Shown here: positions 40,264-50,876 of the stretch, piece by piece
Layout of the letters: every line of letters starts with the position of its first letter
Numbering within the stretch: position 1 is the first letter of the stretch
Origin: a virus
Taxonomy: Duplodnaviria; Caudoviricetes
Direction: 5' to 3' (one strand)
IMG/VR virus record: IMGVR_UViG_3300021400_000045
Coordinates: 1 to 64,000 of that record
Length of the DNA: 64,000 nt
Made by a program: the position numbers and the translations under genes
The notes under the pieces: model-generated
Told to the model about the DNA's origin: nothing
Seen by the model: only the letters and a program-made list of their open reading frames with translations
Databases searched by the model: none

Positions 40264-42884
40264 TGGATCGTGATGAATTGATTGAGGCCCTCAAACATTG
40301 TGCACTAGATAAGGAAGAACAGTGCGATGGCTGCCCCGGCGAGAACGGTATATGTTGCAGGTATATGAAGGATGGCTCGTGGGCCGAGGTTCCTCAGAGT
40401 CTGGTGAAACAGGTACTGAGTGAACTCGGAAACGCTACTGCGGACTATGAGCGCGGGCAGAGGGACGCGTGGGAGCTGGCCCAGAAGATCCTAAAACCTG
40501 TCATCGACGGCGGGTATTCGCATCAGCAACTGCTGGATATCTTTGGGGATCACGACGCAACAGCTGCTGATATCATAACAGAACTAGCGATCGATCGCGC
40601 CGTCGCAAGAGTCAAGGAATACGAAAAAAGAATTGCCCTCCATGTCGGCGATGAAGTGCTGAACTTGGCGGGTGTACGCCTGGTAGTGCTCAAGCGGCGG
40701 GAGGATGGATTGGTCTATACGTCTTCGGCGAACGGCGATGTGGACATGTACAAGCGTGATCATCTGACCAAGACGGGGAGGCACTTCGACGAATTGGAAC
40801 AGCTGATGAAGAAGATGCAGAAGGAGTGAGGCTGCGCACGATGGAGATGGTGAATAAGGTTTGCCCAAGGTGCGGCAATGCCAATTACGTAGTGAGCATC
40901 GGTGAATTCAGCAAAGCATTTCCTTACAAGTGTATAAACTGCAACTCTTATTTGACGGACGAAGATTTTGCCGTGAACAGCAGAGAGCTGAAGGAACATG
41001 TGATGGTCACACCCGAAAGGCGTTACATCAATCCCGACCCGCATTTTGATACATACAGGTGTATGGGGTGTGATTACATGCGTCTGCATTATGGTCAGCG
41101 TTATTGCGGTGGGTGCGGGAATGAGGTGAAGTGGGATGAGACCGATTGACGCGGACACGCTAAAAAAAGACCTGACACGGTTCTACTACGGCGATGTAAC
41201 AGCAAGAGAGCTTATTGACGAACAGCCGACCATTGGCTGGATCAGCGTCAAGGATCGCAAGCCGCCAGCGATTCCTGGTACCGGCGAGCACTTCAGGAAA
41301 GAGAACAAGCCCGTACTGTTGCTTGCTGGCAAGCAGGGCTCCGTCTATGTCGGCTGGTACATCGGCGAAGATTACAGAGGGATCGACTGCTACATCTCCC
41401 GTACCAGCCTGAACGCTTTCCAGTACATCACCAGGAAGATCACCCACTGGATGCAGATACCGGAATTGTGTGAGGAGGATCAGCAATGATAACAGTAACG
41501 TTTGACGCGACCGCCCTGTTCATAGGCTTCTTCATCGGAATGTTTGTCGGTGCACTGCTTTCCCTCTTTATCGAAACGCGAGAGGGCGGGCCGTGGAGCG
41601 ATGGATACACAACTGGATACCGTAGCGGAACGGAGCTGCGGAAGTATATTGAAGAGTCAGTAAGAAAAGAATTGTCGAAGGAGTGATGAGCATGACCGTG
41701 CGCGACTTGATGGAAGACCTGCTGGACGCGGAATGCCGCGACAGCATAGTGATTACGATCCCCTTGTTGGACGGGACGGAAGCAGTAACGGAAATTGCCG
41801 ACGTGCACGTTCGCAACTGGGGAGTCGAGATCGTGACGGGGATGATCGACGCTGCGCCGAACCCGTGCGCGAACTGTCAGGAGTTCTCCTGCGATGGGTG
41901 TGCGCATGCGAAGGAGTAGCCTGTGGACTTGAAAGATTTTGTGATTGATAAGGTGCTTGGCCTGAAATGCGAACCCGTTATAAAAGGAAATGGTACACAA
42001 ATGAGCTTTCAGGAATATGCTGACTGGATTCACGATGACATCACCTGGTGCAGTGACATCGGGTGCGCGTTCATCAACTGTGTGCGGAACCAGGTCAACC
42101 GCCGTAGCAAGGACGGCCCCTATTCGATGGCTGACTTCGCCGGAACGGACGAGTGTCCGCTGGAACACATGAAGAACCAGAGATGGGAGATGACCTATGA
42201 GACTGATCGATAAGGACGCGCTGATCGAGGCCATCGGCGAGGAACCGGAAGTCTGGATACCGGACGATTATACACAGGGCCTCCACGACCAGTGGATCTG
42301 TGATCTGGAAGCGATCAACTCCCTACCGGAGATCAACGCGTGGAACCGCGTCGCCCACTGGACATATGATCGGCCTCACCACTGGTTCTGCTCTTCCTGC
42401 AAGACCATGCAGGGCTTAACGGCGCGGATCATGAACTTCTGTCCCCAGTGCGGAGCGAAAATGGAAGGCGGTGCTACCGAATGAGTCCGCTGGCTGTCGT
42501 CGCGTTGTTGTTTCTGATACTGCTCGCCCTGCTCGTCGGCTTTATGGGCGGAGTGATCTACTCTGTCGACCATAATGTAAAGGAGATTTTGAAATGAGTA
42601 TTGTTGCTGTCGTGATTATCTGCTCCCTGCTGTTCCTGCTCGGCTTCACCACCACCGCCGCCATGTTCTGCATGCGTGAACGGAATACCGCCAATGACCG
42701 TTACAACCGTCTGTACGAGGCGTGGCACAATCAGGTCGAAGAGATCACCAATCTTCAGTCCGACATCGCCTGGGCGGAATCGCAGAGGGACTACTGGTGT
42801 GACAAGTATAACGACATCGTCGCTCCCGAACCTTCCAAGACCAGCATCGCCGTGCCCGCCACGAAGGAAGGTGATGTGGCTTGA
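40263..42884 (+). other. Run of small accessory genes (Zn ribbons, DUF551-like, membrane proteins)
   Basis: 40263-40829, 40826-41149, 41136-41489 (WISVKDR...ITHW), 41486-41686, 41683-41919, 41923-42213, 42197-42484 (MRLID...CPQCGA), 42594-42884. Confidence 0.75.
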
Positions 42885-42984
42885 TCAGTGTCTGGCATCT
42901 CGTGTGGATCATGCCGCTGTCTGCGGTCTTCGGTCTCTTCGTCGCAGTGCTTGCGATCGCGGCGAAATTCAGAGGTGATGCGGA

Positions 42985-43845
42985 ATGAATATGCCATTGC
43001 TGCGTGCAGAGCAGATCTGGGAAATCCTCATTGAGTTCATCAGGAATCCCTACGGCGTTGCCGGTGTAATATGCAACCTGTATGCGGAGTCTGGTTTGAA
43101 CCCGAAAAACCTGCAAAACAGCTACGAGCGCCGCCTTGAAATGTCGGACGATGAATACACCAAAGCAGTGGATGAAGGCCGGTACAAGGATTTTGCCACG
43201 GACTCGGCGGGCTATGGTCTGGCTCAGTGGACGTACCGTTCACGGAAGCAGAACCTGCTGGCCTTCGCCAAAGCTGTCGGCCAATCCATTGGCAACATGA
43301 ATATGCAGTGCCTCTTCCTCTGTCTGGAGCTGTACAATTACTCCATCGTGCTGGCCAAGCTCAAGAACGCCACGTCCGTCCGCGAAGCGTCCGACGCCTT
43401 CTACTATCAGTACGAGAAGCCATCGTCCTCGTCAAGCGACGACACGTCCTCTGCGGACAACCGCGCTGCATTTGGTGAGGAATTCTATCGGGCCTTCGGT
43501 AATATCGGGCCGAAGCAGGATCTGTCCGGTCTGGAGTACCGGGTTCTGAAGCGCGGAAGTAAGGGCGACGATGTGGCGAAGCTGCAGCGCGGACTGAAAA
43601 ATCTGGGTTACACGCTGGATGTGGACGGCGGGTACGGCGTTCTCACGGAACGTCAGGTGATGCAGTTCCAGTCCGACCACGGGCTGGCGGTGGATGGCAA
43701 GGCCGGTGCTTTCACACAGGTCATCGTGAGCCATCTGTTGGAAATGCAGAACGACAAGTACTACACCGTGCGCGTCAAAGGACTCACAGAGACGGAGGCG
43801 ATGGATCTCAAGGCCCGGTATCCCGACGCCGAAATTATTAACTAA
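42985..43845 (+). CDS. Phage tail-lysozyme-like muramidase with peptidoglycan-binding domain
   Basis: GVICNLYAESGLNP, GYGLAQWT, YEKP; LKRGSKGDDVAKLQ...FQSDHGLAVDG. Confidence 0.8.
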   Translation: MNMPLLRAEQIWEILIEFIRNPYGVAGVICNLYAESGLNPKNLQNSYERRLEMSDDEYTKAVDEGRYKDFATDSAGYGLAQWTYRSRKQNLLAFAKAVGQSIGNMNMQCLFLCLELYNYSIVLAKLKNATSVREASDAFYYQYEKPSSSSSDDTSSADNRAAFGEEFYRAFGNIGPKQDLSGLEYRVLKRGSKGDDVAKLQRGLKNLGYTLDVDGGYGVLTERQVMQFQSDHGLAVDGKAGAFTQVIVSHLLEMQNDKYYTVRVKGLTETEAMDLKARYPDAEIIN

Positions 43846-44050
43846 TTGTTAAGTTCGGTTCACAAAATGTTTCAGTTTGACGGACACGTTCCCAAATTTT
43901 GGGATTGCGCCGAAAACGTCTGATAATACATCAGATTTATCATATAGTTCTTCCCGTTTTCCGGTCAAAAGTTGTCCTTTACAGGAACGCGATTGGCCGT
44001 TATCATAGATGTGCGATCGCTACCAAATGCATTGAAAGAGGAGTAAGTGA

Positions 44051-45130
44051 ATGAACGATTGTTTTGTTGTACGCAAGGTGGCCGAGCTGAAACCGCATCC
44101 CAAGAATGATTACTTCTTCGACGCGATCGAAGGCGACAAGTGGGTCGAGTTCGTCGAGTCGGTCAAGCTCCACGGCGTCATCAATCCCATAGTCATCGCT
44201 CCTGATGGAACCATCATCAGCGGGCACATGCGGGTGAGCGCGTGTAAAGCACTCGGAATCGAAACCATCAAGTGCTTCGTTCTGGATGTCGATGAGGACG
44301 ACCAGGAAGTCGCCCTGATTGAGAGCAACATCCGCCAACGTGGCGTGGTCAACAGCCCGTCGGTCAAGCTGGGGCGTGTCATTAAGGCGCTTGAAAAGTA
44401 CAAGTCAAAGAATGAGGTACGCAATGAGCTTCGGATCGACCGCAAGACAGTCAGCCGTTCCAAGTGCCTCGCCGACCTGCCGGAAGAGGTGCAGGAGCTG
44501 GTGGATCTGGAGGTGATCACGCCGACCACAGCGCTGAAAGTAGTACGAAAGCTCACGCCTGAACAGCAGGTGGAGCTCGCCAAGCAGCTCGATCCCATCC
44601 GTCAGTACACGGAGCGGGAGATCTCAGCCGCTATTGCGGAGCAGTTCACGTCACGGGAAAAGATCGAGGAGCTGGAGAACCGCCTCGTCGAGTTCCAGAA
44701 CAGCGCTGGCGAGGATGAGCTGGCACTCCGGCAGAAGATCAACGAGCTGACCGAGCGTGAGCGTAAGGCGTATGAAGACCTTCAGGCGGAGAAGAAGTCA
44801 AAGAAGCATCTGATCGCGGACTATGAACGCCGCATCGAGAATGTGGAGTCCCTGCTGGAAGGTGCGGCTAACAACACCCTTGACCTAGCGACCCTGGTCG
44901 AGGAACGGGATGAGTATCAGCAGAGCGCTGAGTCCGCGCAACGAGACGCAGACCTGATGCTCCTCTGCTCTCTGGTGGAGACGGCGGCAAACGGTCTGGC
45001 TGAAGTCTCCAATGACCCCACGCCGCTGTACGGCGGCTTGTCAGACCGGGCTATCAACGGAATAAACAGATTGCAGGACACTCTGGCGCGGATCACATCC
45101 CGCCTTCAGGCAGTCCACGGAGCGGCGTAA
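44051..45130 (+). CDS. ParB/Spo0J N-domain protein with HTH and coiled coil
   Basis: LKPHPKN, GVINPIV, ISGHMRV, ESNIRQR. Confidence 0.8.
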   Translation: MNDCFVVRKVAELKPHPKNDYFFDAIEGDKWVEFVESVKLHGVINPIVIAPDGTIISGHMRVSACKALGIETIKCFVLDVDEDDQEVALIESNIRQRGVVNSPSVKLGRVIKALEKYKSKNEVRNELRIDRKTVSRSKCLADLPEEVQELVDLEVITPTTALKVVRKLTPEQQVELAKQLDPIRQYTEREISAAIAEQFTSREKIEELENRLVEFQNSAGEDELALRQKINELTERERKAYEDLQAEKKSKKHLIADYERRIENVESLLEGAANNTLDLATLVEERDEYQQSAESAQRDADLMLLCSLVETAANGLAEVSNDPTPLYGGLSDRAINGINRLQDTLARITSRLQAVHGAA

Positions 45131-45162
45131 AATCGCCGCTCTTTCCTATATTGGGTTTACCC

Positions 45163-45202
45163 AATTATTATGTATCGATGATGCTGTATCACCCTGTATC
45201 AC
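45163..45202 (+). promoter_or_regulatory. AATTATTATGTATC plus tandem CTGTATCAC element upstream of the replication operon
   Basis: Shared with 8718-8775. Confidence 0.6.
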
Positions 45203-45214
45203 GAAAGGAGTCAC

Positions 45215-45946
45215 ATGGAAAAGAAAGACGAAGTCGCCGAGCTGAATTTGTATCAGCGTCTGGCAAAGGTGCGCGATATCGCCGATGTCGTACAGAAGAA
45301 CAAGAGTGGGTATGGCTACAAGTACACATCGGAGGACGAGATCCTCGCAAAGGTCAAGGCCGGTATGTCCAAGTACCGTGTGTCTGTGTATCCGCGAGTG
45401 GACACGGAGTCCTTTGAAAACGTGCCGCGAGAGTATGAGAAGAGCAAGTACGACAAGTCCGCTGGGAAGATGGTCACCACCAAGGAAGTGGAATGGGTCG
45501 TGCGCGGGGTCGTCATGTACAAGATCCTGAATGACGATAACCCCGAAGAGTTCTTCGAGGTTGCGTGGCCCATGTGCGGAACGCAGTCGGACATGTCTCA
45601 GGCTTTCGGCTCCGCGCTGACCTACGCCAACCGCTACTTCTATCTGAAGTTCTTCAACATCGCCACGTCCGAGGATGATCCCGATGAGTGGAAGCGCAAG
45701 AAGATGGAAGCCGCAGAAGCGGAAGACAAGGAAGCCGCCGACGCTATGATCCAGCGGATCGACGACCTCTGCAAAGAGATGGTCACGGACGCGAACAAGG
45801 CCGAGGTGACCAGCCTGATCAAGAAGTACGCCACCGACGGCGGCAAGCCGACGGCCAATTACAAGCGGATCAGGAAGCTCGACGAGGCCACCAAACTGTA
45901 CACCGCACTGACGAACTACTTTAATGATGTCAAGGAGGAAAAGTAA
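45215..45946 (+). CDS. ERF-family single-strand annealing protein
   Basis: KNKSGYGYKY, SQAFGSALTYANRY, DDPD. Confidence 0.85.
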   Translation: MEKKDEVAELNLYQRLAKVRDIADVVQKNKSGYGYKYTSEDEILAKVKAGMSKYRVSVYPRVDTESFENVPREYEKSKYDKSAGKMVTTKEVEWVVRGVVMYKILNDDNPEEFFEVAWPMCGTQSDMSQAFGSALTYANRYFYLKFFNIATSEDDPDEWKRKKMEAAEAEDKEAADAMIQRIDDLCKEMVTDANKAEVTSLIKKYATDGGKPTANYKRIRKLDEATKLYTALTNYFNDVKEEK

Positions 45947-45947
45947 T

Positions 45948-46394
45948 ATGGGATTTCGTGATGGCGCTTATTGCAAACTGTGGAAGCTGGATACTTCCCG
46001 CAAGTTCCCTCAGGGGCAGATCTCTATCTCACGCAAGGACAAGCAGACGGGCGAGTATGTGGATGACTTCAGCGGCTATGTAGACTTCATGGGCGAAGCC
46101 GCGAACGCGATCCAGAAGATCCCTGCCCAGGGCCGGTTCAAGATCAAGGGCTGTGATGTCTCCCGTATCTGGAGCAAGGAAAAGCAGCGCGAGTTCATCA
46201 ACTTCCGTATCTTCGATCTGGAACCGGTCGAGCAGAACAGTGCCGCTCCCGCCCAGCGCTCAGCCAAGAGCAAGACCAACGATGACATGAGCGTCGCCGA
46301 ACTGGAAGCCCGTCTCGCGGAGGCGAAGATGAAGGCGGCTGGCAAGAAAGTGGCGACTGATAATGAGGATGAGGATGAACTCCCTTTTGATTGA
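45948..46394 (+). CDS. ssb: Single-stranded DNA-binding protein
   Basis: OB-fold-sized; RKDKQTGEY; acidic tail DEDELPFD. Confidence 0.8.
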   Translation: MGFRDGAYCKLWKLDTSRKFPQGQISISRKDKQTGEYVDDFSGYVDFMGEAANAIQKIPAQGRFKIKGCDVSRIWSKEKQREFINFRIFDLEPVEQNSAAPAQRSAKSKTNDDMSVAELEARLAEAKMKAAGKKVATDNEDEDELPFD

Positions 46395-46434
46395 CGGGTT
46401 AGCCTTCCCAACACAAAAAGGTGGGTGTTAAATC

Positions 46435-47184
46435 ATGAGTTCAGTCTTGTTTTCAGACTGGGTCTGGAGCTACAGCCGTCTCACTCTGTATGAACAGTGC
46501 CCCTATGCGTTCGCGCTCAAGTACATCTACGGCGAGCCTAACGGCCAGACCAACTTCTACGCCGGGTTCGGTACGTACATGCACCGCATACACGAGCTGT
46601 TCTATACCGGAGTCCTGAAGCAGGAAGACCTCGTCCCCTACTACATCGAGCACTTCGATGAAGTCGGGTATCACAAGGGCCGCAGCAAGTACTTCGTGGA
46701 AGGCCTCAATTATCTGGAGGGCGGGATACAGGTTGTCCCGTCCTCTGTTCTTGGGGTGGAGCAGGTGATCAACTTCAAGGTTGACAAATACGACTTCACC
46801 GGCGTCATCGACCTGCTGTACAAAAACGCAGATGGAACGCTCACGATCTGTGACCACAAGTCCCACCCGCTCCAGCCGCGCTCGAACCGGAAGAAGCCAA
46901 CGGCCAGCGACCGCGAACTGGACTCCTATCTAAAACAGCTTTATCTCTATGCCCACGGCGTTCATCAGCTGGGGTTAGGAGATGTAGGGGTGCTCCAGTT
47001 CAACTGCTTCAGGATTGCTAAAACATTGGATAATATTTATTTGAAAGAGAAGGAAGAGGAAGCCGTGGCGTGGGCGGTCGACACCATCAGGTCAGCCGAA
47101 AACGCGGAGCGGTTTCCTCCGTTCCAGGACTGGTTCTATTGCCATAATCTGTGCGACCACCGTGAGGTGTGTGAATACAAATAA
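46435..47184 (+). CDS. PD-(D/E)XK exonuclease (AddB/Cas4-like, Fe-S Cys)
   Basis: WSYSRL..YEQCP, GVIDL, DHKS, QLYLY, C..LC.....C. Confidence 0.8.
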   Translation: MSSVLFSDWVWSYSRLTLYEQCPYAFALKYIYGEPNGQTNFYAGFGTYMHRIHELFYTGVLKQEDLVPYYIEHFDEVGYHKGRSKYFVEGLNYLEGGIQVVPSSVLGVEQVINFKVDKYDFTGVIDLLYKNADGTLTICDHKSHPLQPRSNRKKPTASDRELDSYLKQLYLYAHGVHQLGLGDVGVLQFNCFRIAKTLDNIYLKEKEEEAVAWAVDTIRSAENAERFPPFQDWFYCHNLCDHREVCEYK

Positions 47185-47189
47185 GGGGG

Positions 47190-49163
47190 ATGGGTATGGA
47201 GCAGATATCGAAAGAGTCTATACAGGAAGCAAAGGAAAAGCTCGGAGACAGACAGGCGGACATGATCGCCGATATCCTCTCCCTCAAGCAGTATAACCCG
47301 TCCAGGCACATCGCCTGCTGTCCTCTGCACGACGACAAGACACCGTCCTTCAGTTACAACGCCCGGAGCGGAAGCTATTTCTGCTTCGGGTGTCATCGTT
47401 CTGTGGACATCCTTGACGCGTGGATGATGAAGGGCGACACGTTCCTGCAAGCGGTGGAAAAACTGTTTCAGGAAGCGGAGATGCCGCACAACTTCTCCTA
47501 TCGTGGCGTCAGGGATAATGAGGAGACGGAGTTCTGCTACCCTGAACCGAAGTACGCCCCGTCCAAGGAGCATGTGTACGCCTACTGGAAGAAGCGCTGT
47601 ATCTCCCCTGAGACCATCGACGCGATGGACGTGCAGGAAGATCCCGACGGCAACACTTTGTTTCAGTTCTACGACTCGGCAGATGTGCTCCGCGCCGTCA
47701 AGTTCCGCCCCTCCCGCCCTGTGCCCCACGGCGAGCGCAAGTGCTGGTGGATGAAGGACGAGAAGAACCGTGACCTCAAACCCTATGTCGGGCTCCTGTT
47801 CAATCAGCACAAGCTTAACATCTCGGAGCCAATCATCATCTGCACCGGCGAGGGTGACGCGATGGCGGCGTATGAGTGCGGCTTTCACAACGCCTCCAGC
47901 ATTCCCGGCGGCGATCAGAACCTGAACTGGGTCTCCTATCAGTGGGGCTTTCTGGACAAGTGCCACCAGTTCGTCCTCGTCTATGACAACGATGACTCCG
48001 GCAGGAAGTACATCAAGGAGATTACGCGCCGCCTCGGCGAGGAACGCTGCAAGGTGGTAGATCTCCCGGAGACCTGGGAAATGCCAGACGGCTCCACAAA
48101 GCGCATCAAAGACCTGAACGAGCTCTTGTTCTACGGCGGCAAGGACGCCGTCATTAACGCCATCAACAATGCGCAGGAGCGGCAGATCGAGTCTGTCATC
48201 GACTGCTCCGACGTGCAGGATATCGACATGGACGGCATCGACGGCATGAAGACCGGCTTCAAGGAGCTGGACTCCTGCATCAACCGCTCCTACTGTGGCA
48301 CAGTGTCAATCGTCACCGGCGTCCCCGGCGCTGGCAAAACGTCCTTCCTCTCCACCATCATCAATGAGGGCGTGGATCAGGGCTTCCCCACCTGGGTCTA
48401 CTCCGGCGAGCTTTCCAATAACGCGCTCAGAAACTGGACGATCAAGTGCCGCGCCGGTCAGTACTGGCTGGACAAGGTGGAGCGTGACGGATTCACTTCC
48501 TACCAGATCAGGCCCGAAGCCATCAAAAAGATGGACGAGTTCTACCGTGACAAGCTCCTCTTCTTCAAGGACACCTACGACGCCACGCCTGATGCGCTCT
48601 TCCACTCGCTGGAGTCCTGCGTCAGAAAGTACGGTGTGAAGATGGCTGTGATCGACAACCTGTCTTCCGTCAACCTCGGCTCCTTCGGTGACAAGTACTG
48701 GGACATGCAAAACCAGTTCATCCGCGATTGCATTGCCACGGCGAAGCGGCTGGATGTGGTCATGTGGATCGTCCTGCACCCCAAGAAGATGGTGGAGTTC
48801 AACCACGCGCCCGAACTGTATGATCTGTCCGGCTCTGTTTCGGCGGCGAACCTCGCGCACCGCGTGTTCTCCCTGTACAGGGTCAAGGAGGAGGATCGCC
48901 AGCCCGACAAGAACGGCAAACGCCGCCCGTACACGGACTGCTCCGTCCAGCTGCACATCATCAAAGACCGCTTCACCAGCGCTCTGGGCCGCGTCTATCC
49001 CCTGTACTATGATCCCAGCAGTCGCCGCTTCTACGATAATCTGGATACCCTCAGGAAAAACTATGCGTGGGATACGCAGGAGCACAAGGAGCCTCTGCCT
49101 TATCTGACTGAGGAACAGCTGCGCATGGCCAGCGGGGAAGCCGACGATAGCGATCCGTTTTAA
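47190..49163 (+). CDS. Primase-helicase (CHC2 Zn finger, TOPRIM, SF4 helicase)
   Basis: CPLHDDKTPS..CFGC; GEGDA, YDNDDSG; GVPGAGKT, IDNL, LHPKK. Confidence 0.9.
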   Translation: MGMEQISKESIQEAKEKLGDRQADMIADILSLKQYNPSRHIACCPLHDDKTPSFSYNARSGSYFCFGCHRSVDILDAWMMKGDTFLQAVEKLFQEAEMPHNFSYRGVRDNEETEFCYPEPKYAPSKEHVYAYWKKRCISPETIDAMDVQEDPDGNTLFQFYDSADVLRAVKFRPSRPVPHGERKCWWMKDEKNRDLKPYVGLLFNQHKLNISEPIIICTGEGDAMAAYECGFHNASSIPGGDQNLNWVSYQWGFLDKCHQFVLVYDNDDSGRKYIKEITRRLGEERCKVVDLPETWEMPDGSTKRIKDLNELLFYGGKDAVINAINNAQERQIESVIDCSDVQDIDMDGIDGMKTGFKELDSCINRSYCGTVSIVTGVPGAGKTSFLSTIINEGVDQGFPTWVYSGELSNNALRNWTIKCRAGQYWLDKVERDGFTSYQIRPEAIKKMDEFYRDKLLFFKDTYDATPDALFHSLESCVRKYGVKMAVIDNLSSVNLGSFGDKYWDMQNQFIRDCIATAKRLDVVMWIVLHPKKMVEFNHAPELYDLSGSVSAANLAHRVFSLYRVKEEDRQPDKNGKRRPYTDCSVQLHIIKDRFTSALGRVYPLYYDPSSRRFYDNLDTLRKNYAWDTQEHKEPLPYLTEEQLRMASGEADDSDPF

Positions 49164-49217
49164 CTTTCGTTTATCTTATGACTTGAATCAAGTTACGATA
49201 CATTTTGAGGTTAAGAT

Positions 49218-49445
49218 ATGAAAAAAGAAGAACGCGATATCATGGCCGATATGTTCTACTTCCTGCGCGACTTCGGCGATCCTCCCCCTCCCGGCACAAA
49301 GGAGAGTGCCCCCTTCTGGGAGAAGGCATCTGACTCCATCGCCTCCGTCGTGGGCAAGAAGTGGCAAAACCATCCACTTGCCATGCAGGTCGGTATCACC
49401 ATGTACAACTACATCGTGGACAAGAGCAAGGGTGTGATCGGGTGA
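49218..49445 (+). CDS. Hypothetical protein
   Basis: RBS GAGG. Confidence 0.65.
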   Translation: MKKEERDIMADMFYFLRDFGDPPPPGTKESAPFWEKASDSIASVVGKKWQNHPLAMQVGITMYNYIVDKSKGVIG

Positions 49446-49491
49446 TGGATAAGTGGACAGAACTGCGGGAGACCATATAGGAGAACAAAGT

Positions 49492-49836
49492 ATGATAGAT
49501 TATAGTCTTGCCAAACAGACAGACGAACTCAAAAGGCTGATCACAGAGCATCCAGATTATCAAATCGTTGTGCTTGCTGGTGAGGAGGCAAACGGCGGCG
49601 ATTATACGTGGATGTGCTGTAGCGATGTCAGGTTTGCTACCGGTGAAATCTTAGACACAGACTATTACGATTATAACGATACCATTATTACCGATAGAGA
49701 GCGTCTTGAAGAAATAATAGAAGATCGTCTTTATGATGAGTTAAAAGGCGATGAGCTTGACAAAGCCGTGAAAGACAAGATGGCAGAGCTTGAACCGTAT
49801 TGGAAGAATGTTATTTTTATATACGCAACAAACTAA
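49492..49836 (+). CDS. Cassette gene 1, acidic hypothetical protein
   Basis: ATG after TAGGAG; stop lies inside the next site. Confidence 0.7.
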   Translation: MIDYSLAKQTDELKRLITEHPDYQIVVLAGEEANGGDYTWMCCSDVRFATGEILDTDYYDYNDTIITDRERLEEIIEDRLYDELKGDELDKAVKDKMAELEPYWKNVIFIYATN

Positions 49837-49852
49837 AATAGGAGGATAACGT

Positions 49853-49987
49853 ATGAACGTGTTCTTTGCTATGTTTGGTGTTGCGATTGGAGTGTTGCTA
49901 TATCGCCTGATTATCGCACCAATTGAACGCAAAAAGGCCAGAGAAGAATGTATCCGTAAAGGCCTTGTGCCGCGTGGCAAGACTTAA
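49853..49987 (+). CDS. Cassette gene 2, 44-aa membrane peptide
   Basis: MNVFFAMFGVAIGVLLYRLII...; hand translated. Confidence 0.6.
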   Translation: MNVFFAMFGVAIGVLLYRLIIAPIERKKAREECIRKGLVPRGKT

Positions 49988-50002
49988 ATAGGAGTTTAGA
50001 AG

Positions 50003-50110
50003 ATGATTGAATGGCTTATGGCACATATCATCGAGGTGTATTACAAGATAGTTGAGATCGCATATGGAAAGTATACTTTTAAGAAATGCTATCGTATTCA
50101 TTTGCGTTAA
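50003..50110 (+). CDS. Cassette gene 3, 35-aa peptide
   Basis: MIEWLMAHIIEVYYKIVE...; fills the interval between sites exactly. Confidence 0.55.
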   Translation: MIEWLMAHIIEVYYKIVEIAYGKYTFKKCYRIHLR

Positions 50111-50126
50111 ATAGGAGGTTTAGTGC

Positions 50127-50438
50127 ATGAGTAGTATGCCATTTACTATTGGGCTTTCGGTTGTTGACCGTCTGGAGCCAGTGGATGGTAGTGTAATACT
50201 TCGGACGAAAACCCGTGATGAAATGAGCGATGAAGTAAACCGTATTCAGGAAATGCTATCAAAGAACGACTTAATTAAGGTGTGCCCTATTGGTTTAAGG
50301 CCGGATAAGCCGATACCAACAGCGATGTATTTTACTGAAATTTGTATTAGCAAAAACAAGGCCGAAGAATGGATGTTTTCATTAGGACTATTTAGCGGTG
50401 CCTGGCCTTGTGTTGTCACGGGGAGAGCGGTAACTTAA
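50127..50438 (+). CDS. Cassette gene 4, hypothetical protein
   Basis: ORF track; stop inside the next site. Confidence 0.65.
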   Translation: MSSMPFTIGLSVVDRLEPVDGSVILRTKTRDEMSDEVNRIQEMLSKNDLIKVCPIGLRPDKPIPTAMYFTEICISKNKAEEWMFSLGLFSGAWPCVVTGRAVT

Positions 50439-50454
50439 ATAGGAGAATAAGACA

Positions 50455-50628
50455 ATGACCGTAAATGATGCCATGCGTGAGTTCCGAAAAGCCAAAGATG
50501 CAATCGACACACTCGACCGATACAGTCACGGCGAAATGCCAAACATAGCGGAACAGCACGTTGACGAGATACGCGAAATGCTGGAACATTATATGGATAT
50601 GATTGCAAAACTGAAGATAGTCGAATGA
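50455..50628 (+). CDS. Cassette gene 5, 57-aa helical protein
   Basis: MTVNDAMREFRKAKDAIDTL...; hand translated. Confidence 0.6.
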   Translation: MTVNDAMREFRKAKDAIDTLDRYSHGEMPNIAEQHVDEIREMLEHYMDMIAKLKIVE

Positions 50629-50648
50629 CTTAAATAGGAGTTTAATAC

Positions 50649-50849
50649 ATGACGAATGAAGAAGCGATAAAAGCTATAAGGGCAAATTGGCCACCAGAAA
50701 ATTACTCTATACTTCGTGAAGCATTGACGCTTTCCATTCGTGCTCTTAGTGAAGAAGATCAACATTCAAAAAGTTGCTCTTACTATGCAGAGAACGGCAA
50801 GAAACCTTGTTGCACTCATGATTGTGATGGGTGTGTGTGGTATGTTTAA
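50649..50849 (+). CDS. Cassette gene 6, Cys-rich small protein
   Basis: MTNEEAIKAIRANWP...CCTHDCDGC. Confidence 0.65.
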   Translation: MTNEEAIKAIRANWPPENYSILREALTLSIRALSEEDQHSKSCSYYAENGKKPCCTHDCDGCVWYV

Positions 50850-50876
50850 GGTTGACTTAAATAGGAGTTTAAGACA

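Noticed and set aside
46435-47184. Cas4 / CRISPR adaptation gene
   Set aside because: It sits in an ERF-SSB-nuclease-primase recombination module, with no cas1/cas2 or array.
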